Positions 19,899 through 30,361 of a DNA stretch of 64,000 nucleotides are shown here, piece after piece. Position 1 is the first letter of the stretch. Each line of letters begins with the position of its first letter. The stretch comes from Myxococcota bacterium (lineage in GTDB: Bacteria; Myxococcota_A; SURF-8), in assembly GCA_965140415.1 (NCBI GenBank), contig OZ223209.1, positions 4,832,001-4,896,000 on the forward strand, written 5' to 3'. The notes below the pieces were generated by a model. It was not told the origin of the DNA, searched no databases, and saw only the letters and a list, made by a program, of their open reading frames with translations. The translations under genes and the position numbers were made by a program.

Positions 19899-22379
19899 CT
19901 AATTGCTGCGGAAGTGGGGATGAACACCGTCCATCTCCCCGCGGGTTACAAGGTCTTGATCCAAAATACAACGAATTTTCAACGCCAACTCTGGCGGTTC
20001 ATATGGCTTTTCTATCAGGTGATCCGTTTGTTGCAGCACACCGTTATTGCGAATGGTTGCCGCCGAATAACCGGAAGTGTACAGCACCTTGAGCGTCGGA
20101 CAATACTGCTTTACCTGACGAGCCAGATCGGGTCCGTTCAATTCTGCGTTGATCACGTTGGTAATCAGCAAATCGATCTTGCCTGCATTGATCTGCGTCA
20201 GTTTCAAAGCTTCCTTGGCGGAATGCGAACTGAGTACATTGTAACCGAGATTGGTCAAGATCTCCCGAGTGACGTTACTGACAATGCGCTCGTCTTCCAG
20301 CATCAGAATGGTTTCATTGCCGCCCGTCACCGCTTGTTCCTCTTTTTCCTTCGCAATAGGCGTAAGCAATTCGCTGATACATGGGAAGGCGATGTCGAAA
20401 GTGGTCCCGGCATTGACTTCGCTGTGAACTTCGATCGAACCATGATGCTGCTTCACGATGCCGTAAACCGTTGCCAGGCCAAGCCCGGTGCCTTCGTCTT
20501 CGTTTTTGGTAGTGAAGAAAGGCTCGAATATCTGCCGCTTGATTTCACTGTCCATACCGCAGCCGGTATCGCTGACCCGCAGTCGCACATACTCACCTGC
20601 CGTCACGTATGGATGCGTGGCGCAGTACGTTTCATCGAACTCCACACTCTGAGTTCCAATATACAAGCGACCGCCGTTGGGCATGGCGTCCCGCGCGTTG
20701 ACGGCCAGATTCAATACGATCTGCTCCAGTTGCACCGGGTCCATCTTGATGGGGTTGACCTCTCCCGGCTCCAACACCAGCTCGATACGCTTGTCGATCA
20801 GGCGATCCAGAATTTTGTGTGTCGCGTCCAGAATATCGTTGACGTTGATAACCTGGGGATTGATGTTCTGCCGACGACTGAAGGTCAACAGTCGTTTCGT
20901 GAGCGCTTTGGTCTGATTCGTAGCGGCCTTGATCTGCTCCATGTTCTGATACAGTGGATCTTCCTTGTCCATTTGCATCATGGCTATCTGTACGTGGCCG
21001 GTAATGGCGGTAACCAGGTTATTGAAATCATGCGCCAGTCCGCCCGCCAACGCGCCCAGCACTTCCGTTTTCTGCGATTGCAGGAACTGGGACTCCAGGT
21101 CTTCTTCGCGAGTAATGTCACGCGCAACCGTAATCACGCCCATCGGCTTTCCGGCATTATCGACCATGGTGTTCGATTTCATATTCACCACGATGCGTGG
21201 TTTCTTTTTCGTTGCGAACTCCACGGTCGCCTGTCCATTACCGGAGAGCAGAGACGCCAACTGCATGTCGCTGGTGCTGTGGTGCTGGGTATATTTGCCG
21301 TAGGCTTCTTCCGGCGTTTTGCCTTGCACGTCTTTAGGTGAAAGCCCCATGATATTTGAAACGGAAGGACTGACGTACACGATCTTGCCGCTCAAGTCCG
21401 TCACCGTGACCCAGTCCGAAATCTGGCGCAGAATCTGGCTCTGAAATCCTTTTACTTCCTCTGCATGCTTGCGCACGGTAATGTCGATGAAGTTGCAGAT
21501 AATCGCCGGTCTATCCTGGTGGGTGATCTGCGTGGCAAGCGCCTCGGCCCACACGGTGTTTCCTTCCTTGGTCAACAACTGCATTTCCGAACGGAAGGAC
21601 GTGTCCTCGAATTCAAGCATGAAATCGAGCTGTGTCAGGATATTCTGGCGCTCACCGGTCGGCAGGAAATACTCGAAAGGCATGCCGATCAGTTCATCAG
21701 TTTTTTTACGCCCATATTCCAACATTTCCGCCATTTGCGGATTGACGTAGGCGAACTTGCCATCGCACAACACGACGACCCCGGTCGGAGATTCTTCGCT
21801 AAGCGCCTGGCTTTTACTTTCCGATTCCTTTAAGGAACTGCTGATTTCTCCGTTTTTCAGTGCAGCCAGCCCATAGTTGGCCAACAACATGCTCAACTGT
21901 TGATCCGCTTTGGTAAACGGTGGCTCAACCTTGTTATGCAGAGAAACCAGCCCTTTGACCTTGCCCAGTTCGTCCTTGAGCTTGATCACCATCAGCGAAT
22001 TATCCTGGTAGCCGCTCCAGCCAGAGTGGTTGCCTTCCTTTTTCTGTGGAAGATTCTGTATGAACACCGGCTGGTCCTGTTTGAAAACCTGGTCCAGCAC
22101 CGACCCATCCACCAGAGGAAATTCGATATATTGCGGCTGGTGCGGCTCTTCGATCGTTTTAAGCAGACGCAGCCGGTCGTTTTCCATGACGTAAATGCTG
22201 CCGCCCTGCACGTTCAGATTTTTAGAGAAACTCATCAGGAGTTTGGGACCAACCACCGTGATGTCGTTATGCTGAATCAGTTCCTGTGCATCTTCGATGA
22301 TGCTCTGCAATCGTTCCAGCGCCTCTGTCGAAAGCGGCTCGTTCTTGGTTTCCATCAAAGGCCGCCAGCTCACCTTCAA
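19899..22379 (-). CDS. Hybrid sensor histidine kinase GAF-PAS-PAS-HisKA-HATPase-(pseudo)REC; probably the 3' part of a frameshifted gene
   Basis: GGLAHDFNN, NARDAM, DTGCGM, FEPFFTTK, GTGLGL. C-terminal REC has LITNV in place of LITDV. Confidence 0.88.
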   Translation of the reverse strand: MKVSWRPLMETKNEPLSTEALERLQSIIEDAQELIQHNDITVVGPKLLMSFSKNLNVQGGSIYVMENDRLRLLKTIEEPHQPQYIEFPLVDGSVLDQVFKQDQPVFIQNLPQKKEGNHSGWSGYQDNSLMVIKLKDELGKVKGLVSLHNKVEPPFTKADQQLSMLLANYGLAALKNGEISSSLKESESKSQALSEESPTGVVVLCDGKFAYVNPQMAEMLEYGRKKTDELIGMPFEYFLPTGERQNILTQLDFMLEFEDTSFRSEMQLLTKEGNTVWAEALATQITHQDRPAIICNFIDITVRKHAEEVKGFQSQILRQISDWVTVTDLSGKIVYVSPSVSNIMGLSPKDVQGKTPEEAYGKYTQHHSTSDMQLASLLSGNGQATVEFATKKKPRIVVNMKSNTMVDNAGKPMGVITVARDITREEDLESQFLQSQKTEVLGALAGGLAHDFNNLVTAITGHVQIAMMQMDKEDPLYQNMEQIKAATNQTKALTKRLLTFSRRQNINPQVINVNDILDATHKILDRLIDKRIELVLEPGEVNPIKMDPVQLEQIVLNLAVNARDAMPNGGRLYIGTQSVEFDETYCATHPYVTAGEYVRLRVSDTGCGMDSEIKRQIFEPFFTTKNEDEGTGLGLATVYGIVKQHHGSIEVHSEVNAGTTFDIAFPCISELLTPIAKEKEEQAVTGGNETILMLEDERIVSNVTREILTNLGYNVLSSHSAKEALKLTQINAGKIDLLITNVINAELNGPDLARQVKQYCPTLKVLYTSGYSAATIRNNGVLQQTDHLIEKPYEPPELALKIRCILDQDLVTRGEMDGVHPHFRSN

Positions 22380-23113
22380 TGCGGAATGGCCCTTGAAATA
22401 AAGCGATTAGCAGTGAGCATCACCTCGCAGCTAAGCCCGTCTTTCAGCCGCAGCGTCGCCCGCCTGGATTTGGAGCCGGTCGACTTGCTTTCCAGTCCCT
22501 CCAAGAAGGCTTCGACTTCCGGCTGGTCCGAACCGATCAACTGCGAAACCGAAAGCCCCACCAGTTCTTCGCGATTGGGAGATTTCACTAGGCCGCTGAA
22601 CGCTTGATTGACGTGCACGCACTTCCCGTTTTGCAGGATGGTAATCGCTTCTTTCGATTCACTCAACAGCGTGATCACGCGATCTTCCGAGGTGTGCAAC
22701 TCCTGCTCAAGAAGTCGCATGACTTTTGCTTGGCTCTTATAGCGCATTACACGCTCAGCGACGACTGCGAGCAACTCACCGTACTCGGGAGTTTTTACGA
22801 CGATATCCGATACGCCGCGCTTGATGGCCGAGGCTGCTTCACGCTCTTCGCCGGGGCTGGTCAACAACACCAACGGCGCTTGGACATTTCGCTGCTGCAA
22901 GGCATCGATGATTTCCAGGCTGCGAAAGCCGGGCAAACGGCTGTCAGCCAGAACGAGGTCGAATTCATCGAATTCAATGGCATCCAGAAAAGTATCGCGT
23001 GAATGTACTGTGGTCGCCTCGATGTCCGGAAAATGTCGCCCCAGATTTTCCGCGGTGAGCTGCGATTCCAGCGGATTGTTCTCACCAATCAGAACACGAA
23101 CCGGATTTTTCAT
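22376..23113 (-). CDS. REC-PAS protein; probably the 5' part of the hybrid kinase above
   Basis: LVLADSRLPG receiver followed by a PAS domain truncated at its last strand. Overlaps the kinase ORF. Confidence 0.75.
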   Translation of the reverse strand: MKNPVRVLIGENNPLESQLTAENLGRHFPDIEATTVHSRDTFLDAIEFDEFDLVLADSRLPGFRSLEIIDALQQRNVQAPLVLLTSPGEEREAASAIKRGVSDIVVKTPEYGELLAVVAERVMRYKSQAKVMRLLEQELHTSEDRVITLLSESKEAITILQNGKCVHVNQAFSGLVKSPNREELVGLSVSQLIGSDQPEVEAFLEGLESKSTGSKSRRATLRLKDGLSCEVMLTANRFISRAIPH

Positions 23114-23482
23114 GGTACTGGCCCCTTAGGGTACTCGCCTGTCACTGCAAATTAGTAGTAAAGTTTAGCAAAGTTGAGCTGCAATGTCACTTCATTAGGA
23201 CACTCACTATAATATAAATAGTATCATATACTCGATAATTTTACAAGCAGTTAAAGTAAAAATCTTTCCAAAAACCACATCGAAACGGACGAACCGGTCC
23301 GTATCATCCGCGCGGTCGAATTTTCTTAGTCACTAGGAATTGCAAGAATTCAAAGGGTTTAGAACGAATCCCCGCAAATCAACCGGACTCCAAATTTCTA
23401 TAAACTTGAAGAAAAGGCAGCTTGAAGGCGGTAAGCAGGATAATCAGGTAGGAATGGTTACGAATAAAACCCGTCGGGCAAA

Positions 23483-26400
23483 CTATTCTTCCTCTTCCTT
23501 CGTCCCTGGTGGTGTGTAACTGTGACCGTATTGTTTGCTCTGCTGACCTTTTTTGGCAAAGTTAAGCAATTCTTCTTTTAGATTGCGGCGTACCGGGGTT
23601 GACTGCTGCGACCCTGCCGCTTGTGGAGCAGAAGAACCAGCAGACTGGGTAGAGGCCATCTTTCTGGCTCGCATCTCATCCAATTTGGCTCGTAGCGCGG
23701 ACTTACGCTGAGCACCTCCCGGCGATTGCGCCGCACCAGCTGCCTGCGGTTGCCGTCGGCTCTCGCTTGCGGATGAAGACGGAACAGCATCGGCTGGCTC
23801 AACCGGCTGTGGCCTCTCCTCGCCGTCACTCTCCACGAGTTTAGGAGTTGGAGCGGTCTTCTCACCACTCGGCGCCTTTTCTTTTTTCTTGTGCGGACGA
23901 TGCAATTCCAGGTTGATAATCTGAGGCAGCGTGTCTTCGATGACGATTTCCTCGCTTGCAGTAAACTCGTCCATCGTAGCAGCGATGCGATAGGTACCTT
24001 TCGGTAGATAATGACTGACAGGATCTCCCAGCGGCACCGTCTCCGTCAATGCCGGTTCGTTATTGATGCTAACGGTAACCATGCGCTTGGGAGCGGCACT
24101 TTCTTCCGATCCATCGCCCATCTTGCCCACGATCTGATCGGCCATCGCCAAAAGTCTTGTGGCGCGTATCTCAACATAGGTTTCGTTGACCACGAAATCG
24201 ACGACGATGCGGTTTTCCTCTTTCTTTTTCACCACGATTTCCCGCTGCACTTCATGGGTTCCAATAGGCAATCGTGTGCTGATGTTGATCATGATTCCGG
24301 TGATATACAAATTGTATTTTCCCGGAGGAACTCGTTCGAGGCGCGCAATATTATTGTGGGCAATCGCAACAAAGGGGTTCAGGGTTTTAAAGAACTGCGT
24401 AATGGCCTCTTCGGCGTCCTCTTCATCGGAGTCGCGCCATTTACGATTCAACAGTTTCTCCACGGCAAAAGCCTGAGTCAGGTTACGCCTGGAAACGCGC
24501 ACGGCAAAATACCCTTCCTCGAAGGTACGATCGTACTTGATCTTGACCGTAACAGAACCTGCTCCGATATGCTTCATCAGGAAATAAAGCCCGATAATAA
24601 AACCGATAGTAAACAGGATAATCACCGGCAATAGCAGGTTGAACGCAACCAGGTGTACCTTGCGCGAAGTCAGCGACAAGCTGTGATGCATCAACCGGTT
24701 CGGAGCGGTATAGTAAATGGTCAGATCCAATTCGTATTTAATGCCCACTGTTTCCGATTGTTTAACGGCCATCCCGACAATGCCATCGTACTTGTCGGAT
24801 TTGGCCATGGCTTGCAGACACTCCCGATCCAACGGGTTGCCGCAATTCGCTTGCAGCATAGACATGGCGTCGATATCGTCGACAACCCATACCTGATCGC
24901 CAAACAGAGAACGCAAATCCTGAAAAACCGGCTTGGGATCGATGTGAAAAGGCGAGAATATCCAGGAAAGCCAACCCTGATTTTCACGATCGTAGTACGT
25001 TTGGTAATCGAACAGCAGTACTTTTTGTGTTTTGGTTGGTAGTTCCGAAATAAGGGTGCTCACTTCAGGAAAGTTCAGCGAGGAATAAATCAGAATGTTT
25101 TTTTTTCGTTGCTCTTCCTGAAGTCGCTTTCGACGTTCTTCTTCTTCTTGTTCATCAACCGGAAGACTAGCTTCGACCTCTTTGGCCAATGCAACATCGG
25201 TTTTCCAAAGCAGAGCCAGCATTTTTTGCCAGTCTCTTTTCCTTTCCTGGGAAAGATACATCTTTATCAAGGCTACCATGGCTTTTCCATTATCCGGAGC
25301 GATAGCCAACACTTTTTCCAAGCTGTCTTCGGCTTTTTGTGATTTCCGGCAAGCCATTTGCAGATCGGAAAGCTGAAACAAAAGCGAAATCTCTTTCGGT
25401 GCGATCTCGATGGCTCTATTGAAACGCTGCAACGCACCAGGACAATCCTCTAGTACCTTTAACAACCAGGCGCTTTGGGCGAGTGCACGCAGGTTTTCCG
25501 GCTCCTGCAGTAGGACGGACTGGTATAATTCAATAGCACGTTGCGGATTGATCTGTTCTTTGACCAGCAGATCCGCCATGGCCAACATAATCTCCACGTT
25601 ATGCGGATCGGCAATTAGCGCATGGTCGTAATAATCCAGTGTTTTAGCCGGATCTTTTCCCTGTTCAGCCAATCTGGCCAGAATGTAGTTTCTCGAAGCG
25701 GGCTGGGCGTTGGATAGAGTCGGCAGCAGTTGCTTAAGTTCCTTTTGCTGCTGTTCGGATAAGGAAGGAATATCGATGTGATTGAGCAACGCACTTCCCG
25801 CGCCATATCGCACCGCCTGCAAATACAGTTCGCTGGCTTTTAAACGGTTGTGCCGTTGTTCATACAACCGGGCAGCTTGATTGAACAACATAGCGGCATC
25901 AACGATTTTTCTCTGCTCTACTTGAGCCATAGCAAAGGTTTCAATAAACTCAGCGTTTTGGGATTTTAATTTGGCAGCTTTAGCCCAGCTTCGATCGCGC
26001 AAGCTTTCCGCGCTGGTAGCGGCATACAGATCACCCCATAGTTCGTGAATGTCCGGATTTCTGGGATCGTCTTTCTCCAGGCGCGTCAGAGTTTTGCGCA
26101 TCGCATCCCATTGTTTGCGCTCATAGAGCAAACGTGCATAACGGATTTTCGCAGTACGGTTCAACGAACCGAGATATTTGACCTTTTTGTAAAGCTTAAA
26201 AGCCTGTGCGGTATCTTCTGTCAAGTCGGCGCAAATGGCCTTTAGCGCCATGCTCAGCTTGTTCAGCGGCTTTTTCTTGATCTCTTCCAGGCGTTTGATC
26301 AGAAACGTCTTATATAGTGCAGGCAATGTCAGCCCTTGTTGCTTCAAGGCCAACAACCGACTTAGTACCGTGGGTAGACTGTCGGCTTGAATCTGCTTCC

Positions 26401-27019
26401 AACTCTGCCCCAGTTCCGAAGCGCGATCCAGTCCCAGCCGTTGCGACAGCGGATACTTAATATCCACTTGGCTTTGACCGAACATGCTTCCCAAAATCTT
26501 CGTACCTTCTCGATCGAAACGCGCCAGTTCCCCGGCCTTCCCTCGAATCTTCTCGACACGCTCATTGTCACCGGAAAGCGCATTGTAACTGCGCAGAGTC
26601 AGCACAAACTCCGGTCCGTCCGATTCCAATTCTCCTAACACAACATGCACGGCTTCCGTACTCAACGCCAAAAATGGTATATCCTGGCGATGAATGCGGG
26701 TTCGGCCCGTGCTAGGTTGCCCCTTACTCTTTACCTGCATGATTTTACTAGGTGAAACGGGATCCAAAAATGGATGCTCCGCCAGTCGGTCCAGTAGTAT
26801 CAGATTCAGGCCACAGGCCATCTCTTCAAGTTCGTCGCTCGCCTGGATGTACAGTAAGACAGTTGCTTGTGAAGTTGCTGGTGAGGCTGCTTTGGTGGTT
26901 GTCGGAGATTTTTTGGATGCCGTCGTATCCGCTTGTGCGAGAACAATCCCACTATACAACACGCATATCCATACGAATACCAAGAACCTCAATAAGGATT
27001 TTCCCCACAGTCTCATCAT
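23483..27019 (-). CDS. Large TPR-repeat membrane protein
   Basis: Signal peptide at MMRLWGK, TPR-like repeats (ALIADPHN, VLLQEPEN, AIEIAPKE, VLAIAPDN), single TM LLLPVIILFTIGFIIGLYFLM, low-complexity tail. Confidence 0.8.
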   Translation of the reverse strand: MMRLWGKSLLRFLVFVWICVLYSGIVLAQADTTASKKSPTTTKAASPATSQATVLLYIQASDELEEMACGLNLILLDRLAEHPFLDPVSPSKIMQVKSKGQPSTGRTRIHRQDIPFLALSTEAVHVVLGELESDGPEFVLTLRSYNALSGDNERVEKIRGKAGELARFDREGTKILGSMFGQSQVDIKYPLSQRLGLDRASELGQSWKQIQADSLPTVLSRLLALKQQGLTLPALYKTFLIKRLEEIKKKPLNKLSMALKAICADLTEDTAQAFKLYKKVKYLGSLNRTAKIRYARLLYERKQWDAMRKTLTRLEKDDPRNPDIHELWGDLYAATSAESLRDRSWAKAAKLKSQNAEFIETFAMAQVEQRKIVDAAMLFNQAARLYEQRHNRLKASELYLQAVRYGAGSALLNHIDIPSLSEQQQKELKQLLPTLSNAQPASRNYILARLAEQGKDPAKTLDYYDHALIADPHNVEIMLAMADLLVKEQINPQRAIELYQSVLLQEPENLRALAQSAWLLKVLEDCPGALQRFNRAIEIAPKEISLLFQLSDLQMACRKSQKAEDSLEKVLAIAPDNGKAMVALIKMYLSQERKRDWQKMLALLWKTDVALAKEVEASLPVDEQEEEERRKRLQEEQRKKNILIYSSLNFPEVSTLISELPTKTQKVLLFDYQTYYDRENQGWLSWIFSPFHIDPKPVFQDLRSLFGDQVWVVDDIDAMSMLQANCGNPLDRECLQAMAKSDKYDGIVGMAVKQSETVGIKYELDLTIYYTAPNRLMHHSLSLTSRKVHLVAFNLLLPVIILFTIGFIIGLYFLMKHIGAGSVTVKIKYDRTFEEGYFAVRVSRRNLTQAFAVEKLLNRKWRDSDEEDAEEAITQFFKTLNPFVAIAHNNIARLERVPPGKYNLYITGIMINISTRLPIGTHEVQREIVVKKKEENRIVVDFVVNETYVEIRATRLLAMADQIVGKMGDGSEESAAPKRMVTVSINNEPALTETVPLGDPVSHYLPKGTYRIAATMDEFTASEEIVIEDTLPQIINLELHRPHKKKEKAPSGEKTAPTPKLVESDGEERPQPVEPADAVPSSSASESRRQPQAAGAAQSPGGAQRKSALRAKLDEMRARKMASTQSAGSSAPQAAGSQQSTPVRRNLKEELLNFAKKGQQSKQYGHSYTPPGTKEEEE

Positions 27020-27270
27020 GTTCCCCTGAATTATACCGCCCTGACACTCTCGGATGTATGCCACACAAAAACACCCACGATGCATCGCCCCGGCAAGCGG
27101 CAGTAAAACCCCGTATCCTTTTCGTCTAGCGGTTCGTATTTTCGAACCGTAGCTTCTATTATTTCGATAATTCATATTTTGTCAAGATGAATCGTATTCA
27201 TTCCGACAATATGCATTTACTAGCGCATACGGATTTGATAACCGATAAGCATCGAATATTCCTTCTACCC

Positions 27271-28977
27271 TTATAAGCAGAAACCAAGCACTCCGTACAC
27301 GGTGGCTGAACAATTGTATCCGGGACAACATCGAGGCAGACTCGGATCAAGTCCACAAACTTGAGGATTGACGCAGGCATCGCAACCGCCGCAATTCGGC
27401 GCGGTTTCCGGGTAACAACAGGAATTTTCAGGGCATTGATCCGGGCAGCCATCAGCGACGCAACGCCCTTTAGGTGCGTCATCTGTTGTCACACAATGAA
27501 AACCTTCGCAGCATTCGCCGGGACCGTCGATACACCAGGCTGGATTGTTGCAGCGACAATCCATGCAGGTATAGCCGTAACTTTCGTAGCAGCAGCGATC
27601 CGTACAACCGGCACAGTCGTGCATACAGACTTCCTGCATTCCGTTTATGCCAATTCCGTGATAGGGAGGGCTGCATAAATCGCTGCCCAGAGCGTACAAC
27701 CCTTCACAACGACCGATACTTTTCCGATATGGCGTCGTCGATAATTGACAGGAAGTATCCGGCGGACAGACGCGCCACTGGCGATACGTGCAAGCTCGAA
27801 ACCAGGGACAGGGATTTTCATCGCTGCAATGGGGAGTACAGCAACCAACATAGTTGTTCTCATCGATTTCATAATTCTCACAATAGTGATCCGGGTCGCA
27901 GTCTTTTTCACCCACGCAACCCGCAACACATTGTGTGCTGTCGAAAAGACAACGTCCATAGTCCAACTTGACCGGATCGTTGAAACAGGAAGTCGGATAA
28001 TCACAGGCTTGTGGATCTTCGAAACACAGCGGCTTGCACTGATTATAGCTGCTATTATGCAAGGCCTGCTGACATAACCCACTGGAACCACAATCGAAAT
28101 CGTTCTTGCAATAATCTTCCATGGGCAAACAGACACCCCGGATGTCCATAGGCTCACTGCCGACGTGAAGAATCGAGCATTGATAGCCAAGCGAGCAACT
28201 CGGATATCCAAGAGAATTCAAACCACAAACATGATAGCAACCTCTTTCCCCCTTTTGCGGGTTCAGGTAGCATTGTTGTCCCTGCATGCAATCCGTACTC
28301 GTTTCGCATGGATAGGCTTCCGGCTCGCAACGATTGGCATGACAGCCCCAGCCTTGCGGGCAGCGCACACCGGGTGAAGAACAAGGCGGACGACAGACGT
28401 CCGCCGTTTCCGAAGCATCCGTCGGTTGGCAGGTAAACCCGATATCGCCGCAATCTCGGCTAGTTACACAGGGCACCGTTTGATCCGCAACACATTGGGC
28501 GTTTTCGCAATGACTGTGAGCCGGGCAACCCAATTCATCGTACCAAACCATTTTTCCCGCGCCGGAAGGTCGGCAGAGTTGCACGACAATCGAATCGTAG
28601 GGCGAGCAGCGCCGCTCGTTGAAACGACCTTCGCAGAGCCAATCGTCTTGCGCTACATCATCCCGTTCGTCGCTTTCGTTTCGATCTATATTATCGATTT
28701 CCGCATCAAAATCGAGATCAAAATCGGGATCGACATCCGGATCGGGATCAGCATCGAAATCCTGATCGCCCTGTGGAGGAGCGATAACGTCGAACTCCAG
28801 ATCCGCTGGAAAAATGATGGCATCCTCATCGTTATCCGGAACGGAAACAGGAACTTCTGTCGTATCCAAGTCGCCACCATCGAAAAACTGGATGGCGAGA
28901 TTCTCCGAACAGGAAAATGAAAGCAACGCAACAGACAACAGGATATGCATTGTCGGTTTTCGAAATACAACAGACAT
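27271..28977 (-). CDS. Cys-rich lipoprotein with acidic linker
   Basis: GGAGG RBS, lipobox-like LSFSC, D-rich linker, dozens of Cys in CxxxxxC-type modules. Confidence 0.8.
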   Translation of the reverse strand: MSVVFRKPTMHILLSVALLSFSCSENLAIQFFDGGDLDTTEVPVSVPDNDEDAIIFPADLEFDVIAPPQGDQDFDADPDPDVDPDFDLDFDAEIDNIDRNESDERDDVAQDDWLCEGRFNERRCSPYDSIVVQLCRPSGAGKMVWYDELGCPAHSHCENAQCVADQTVPCVTSRDCGDIGFTCQPTDASETADVCRPPCSSPGVRCPQGWGCHANRCEPEAYPCETSTDCMQGQQCYLNPQKGERGCYHVCGLNSLGYPSCSLGYQCSILHVGSEPMDIRGVCLPMEDYCKNDFDCGSSGLCQQALHNSSYNQCKPLCFEDPQACDYPTSCFNDPVKLDYGRCLFDSTQCVAGCVGEKDCDPDHYCENYEIDENNYVGCCTPHCSDENPCPWFRACTYRQWRVCPPDTSCQLSTTPYRKSIGRCEGLYALGSDLCSPPYHGIGINGMQEVCMHDCAGCTDRCCYESYGYTCMDCRCNNPAWCIDGPGECCEGFHCVTTDDAPKGRCVADGCPDQCPENSCCYPETAPNCGGCDACVNPQVCGLDPSLPRCCPGYNCSATVYGVLGFCL

Positions 28978-29113
28978 GACAGTCCTCCGAACTTCGATTT
29001 GGAGGTTAGCTTTTTGTGGCGAATCTGTTAGTATCAATAGCATGTTTGCAGGTTTGCGGCAAGCACCGAATGTGCAGCGACTGGAGTAATTTAGTTGATA
29101 AACAGGTGGCCAG

Positions 29114-29749
29114 ATGGCATGGATCGACATTACGCAGAAACTTGAAAGCGACATGGTTTTATGGCCGGGTAGCGAACCGTTGCAGATTCACGCGCTGGAG
29201 CGCATCGAAGACGGCGGCGGCTGCAACACCTCGGCAATGACGCTCGATCTGCATTCCGGTACGCATATCGATGCTCCGTGGCATATGCTGGAAACGGGTG
29301 AACGTCTACAGAAAGTCGCGTTGGAAAAACTCATCGGTCCGGCGCTTGTTGTCGATATCACCGGGCGCGAAGGCATTGGCAGGCAGGATTTGGAAAAGCT
29401 CGAATTGGGAAACGACGTAAAGCGCCTGCTCCTGCGCAGCGACACTTCCGAGCGACCCATTGCAAATCCCCCTGTATTCAGAACCGACTTCCCCGCCCTG
29501 ACGAAAGACGCGGCAGATTTTCTTGTAGAGCGAGGCATCGAATTGGTGGGGATCGATTCCCCTTCCATCGAAGCGTTTCGCAGTCCCGGTCATCCGGTGC
29601 ATAAGACCTTACTCGGTGCAGGCGTAGCGGTGATCGAAGGGCTACAGTTGGCGAACGTCGCCACCGGATCATACGACTTGATCTGTCTGCCATTATCGCT
29701 TCAACACGTAGACGCATCGCCGGTGCGGGCGCTATTGCAAAAACGCTGA
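29114..29749 (+). CDS. Cyclase family / kynurenine formamidase-like metal hydrolase
   Basis: HSGTHIDAPWH motif, GIDSPS, H..LL...V..IEGL. Confidence 0.9.
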   Translation: MAWIDITQKLESDMVLWPGSEPLQIHALERIEDGGGCNTSAMTLDLHSGTHIDAPWHMLETGERLQKVALEKLIGPALVVDITGREGIGRQDLEKLELGNDVKRLLLRSDTSERPIANPPVFRTDFPALTKDAADFLVERGIELVGIDSPSIEAFRSPGHPVHKTLLGAGVAVIEGLQLANVATGSYDLICLPLSLQHVDASPVRALLQKR

Positions 29750-29972
29750 AACTGCAAATCAGACCAAATGAAGATCCACCGTTTTCATTTCTCACCCTGC
29801 CAAACCGCCATCACCGAAATTGCATTGAGCTTTTCCGGCTTTCATGCTACAAACATCGACCAAGTTTAGCTGATCAGGCTGAAAGAGAACTCATTCCCAT
29901 CATCCGTTTCGTTCCCGCTGTTTTCAGCCGTTCGTTCTTCAACCTTTTCGCGATTCGTCCAAGGAGAGTGAC

Positions 29973-30320
29973 GTGGAGAACTTTGGTACGGCAGTCTGGA
30001 TATCTCTGGTTGGATTCTCCATTGTGTTCATTGCACTGGGATTGAACTACCTGGCGGTGCGCCTGCTCTGGCTCTTCGGTGAAAAACCCGAGCCACCCAA
30101 GGCGGCAATCGATACGCCAGTAGCAACCGAGCCGGTAAAACAGGAAAAAGAAGAAGCGCCCCCGGCACAAGCGGCTCCCGTGGAAAGCACCCCAACGGCT
30201 AGCAAGCAAGAAACTCCCGTTGCAGCAAAATCGGGGCAGCCCGACGAGCAGACGGTGGCGGCAATCATGGCGGCCATCGGCAGCTACGAACAGGAAAGAT
30301 GCAGTTCATCGCTGCGTTAG
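29973..30320 (+). CDS. Na+-translocating decarboxylase gamma/delta subunit (OadG family)
   Basis: N-terminal TM GFSIVFIAL, Pro/Ala linker, VAAIMAAI motif. Lies upstream of the beta subunit. Confidence 0.8.
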   Translation: MENFGTAVWISLVGFSIVFIALGLNYLAVRLLWLFGEKPEPPKAAIDTPVATEPVKQEKEEAPPAQAAPVESTPTASKQETPVAAKSGQPDEQTVAAIMAAIGSYEQERCSSSLR

Positions 30321-30361
30321 CAACTTCACCATAACCCGTATATAGAGGGTGATGAAACGAT

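Noticed and set aside
19914-21341. 475-aa plus-strand ORF (and similar long antisense ORFs at 9638, 10814, 45652 and 49909)
   Set aside because: Antisense shadows of well-supported genes, with no recognisable motifs.
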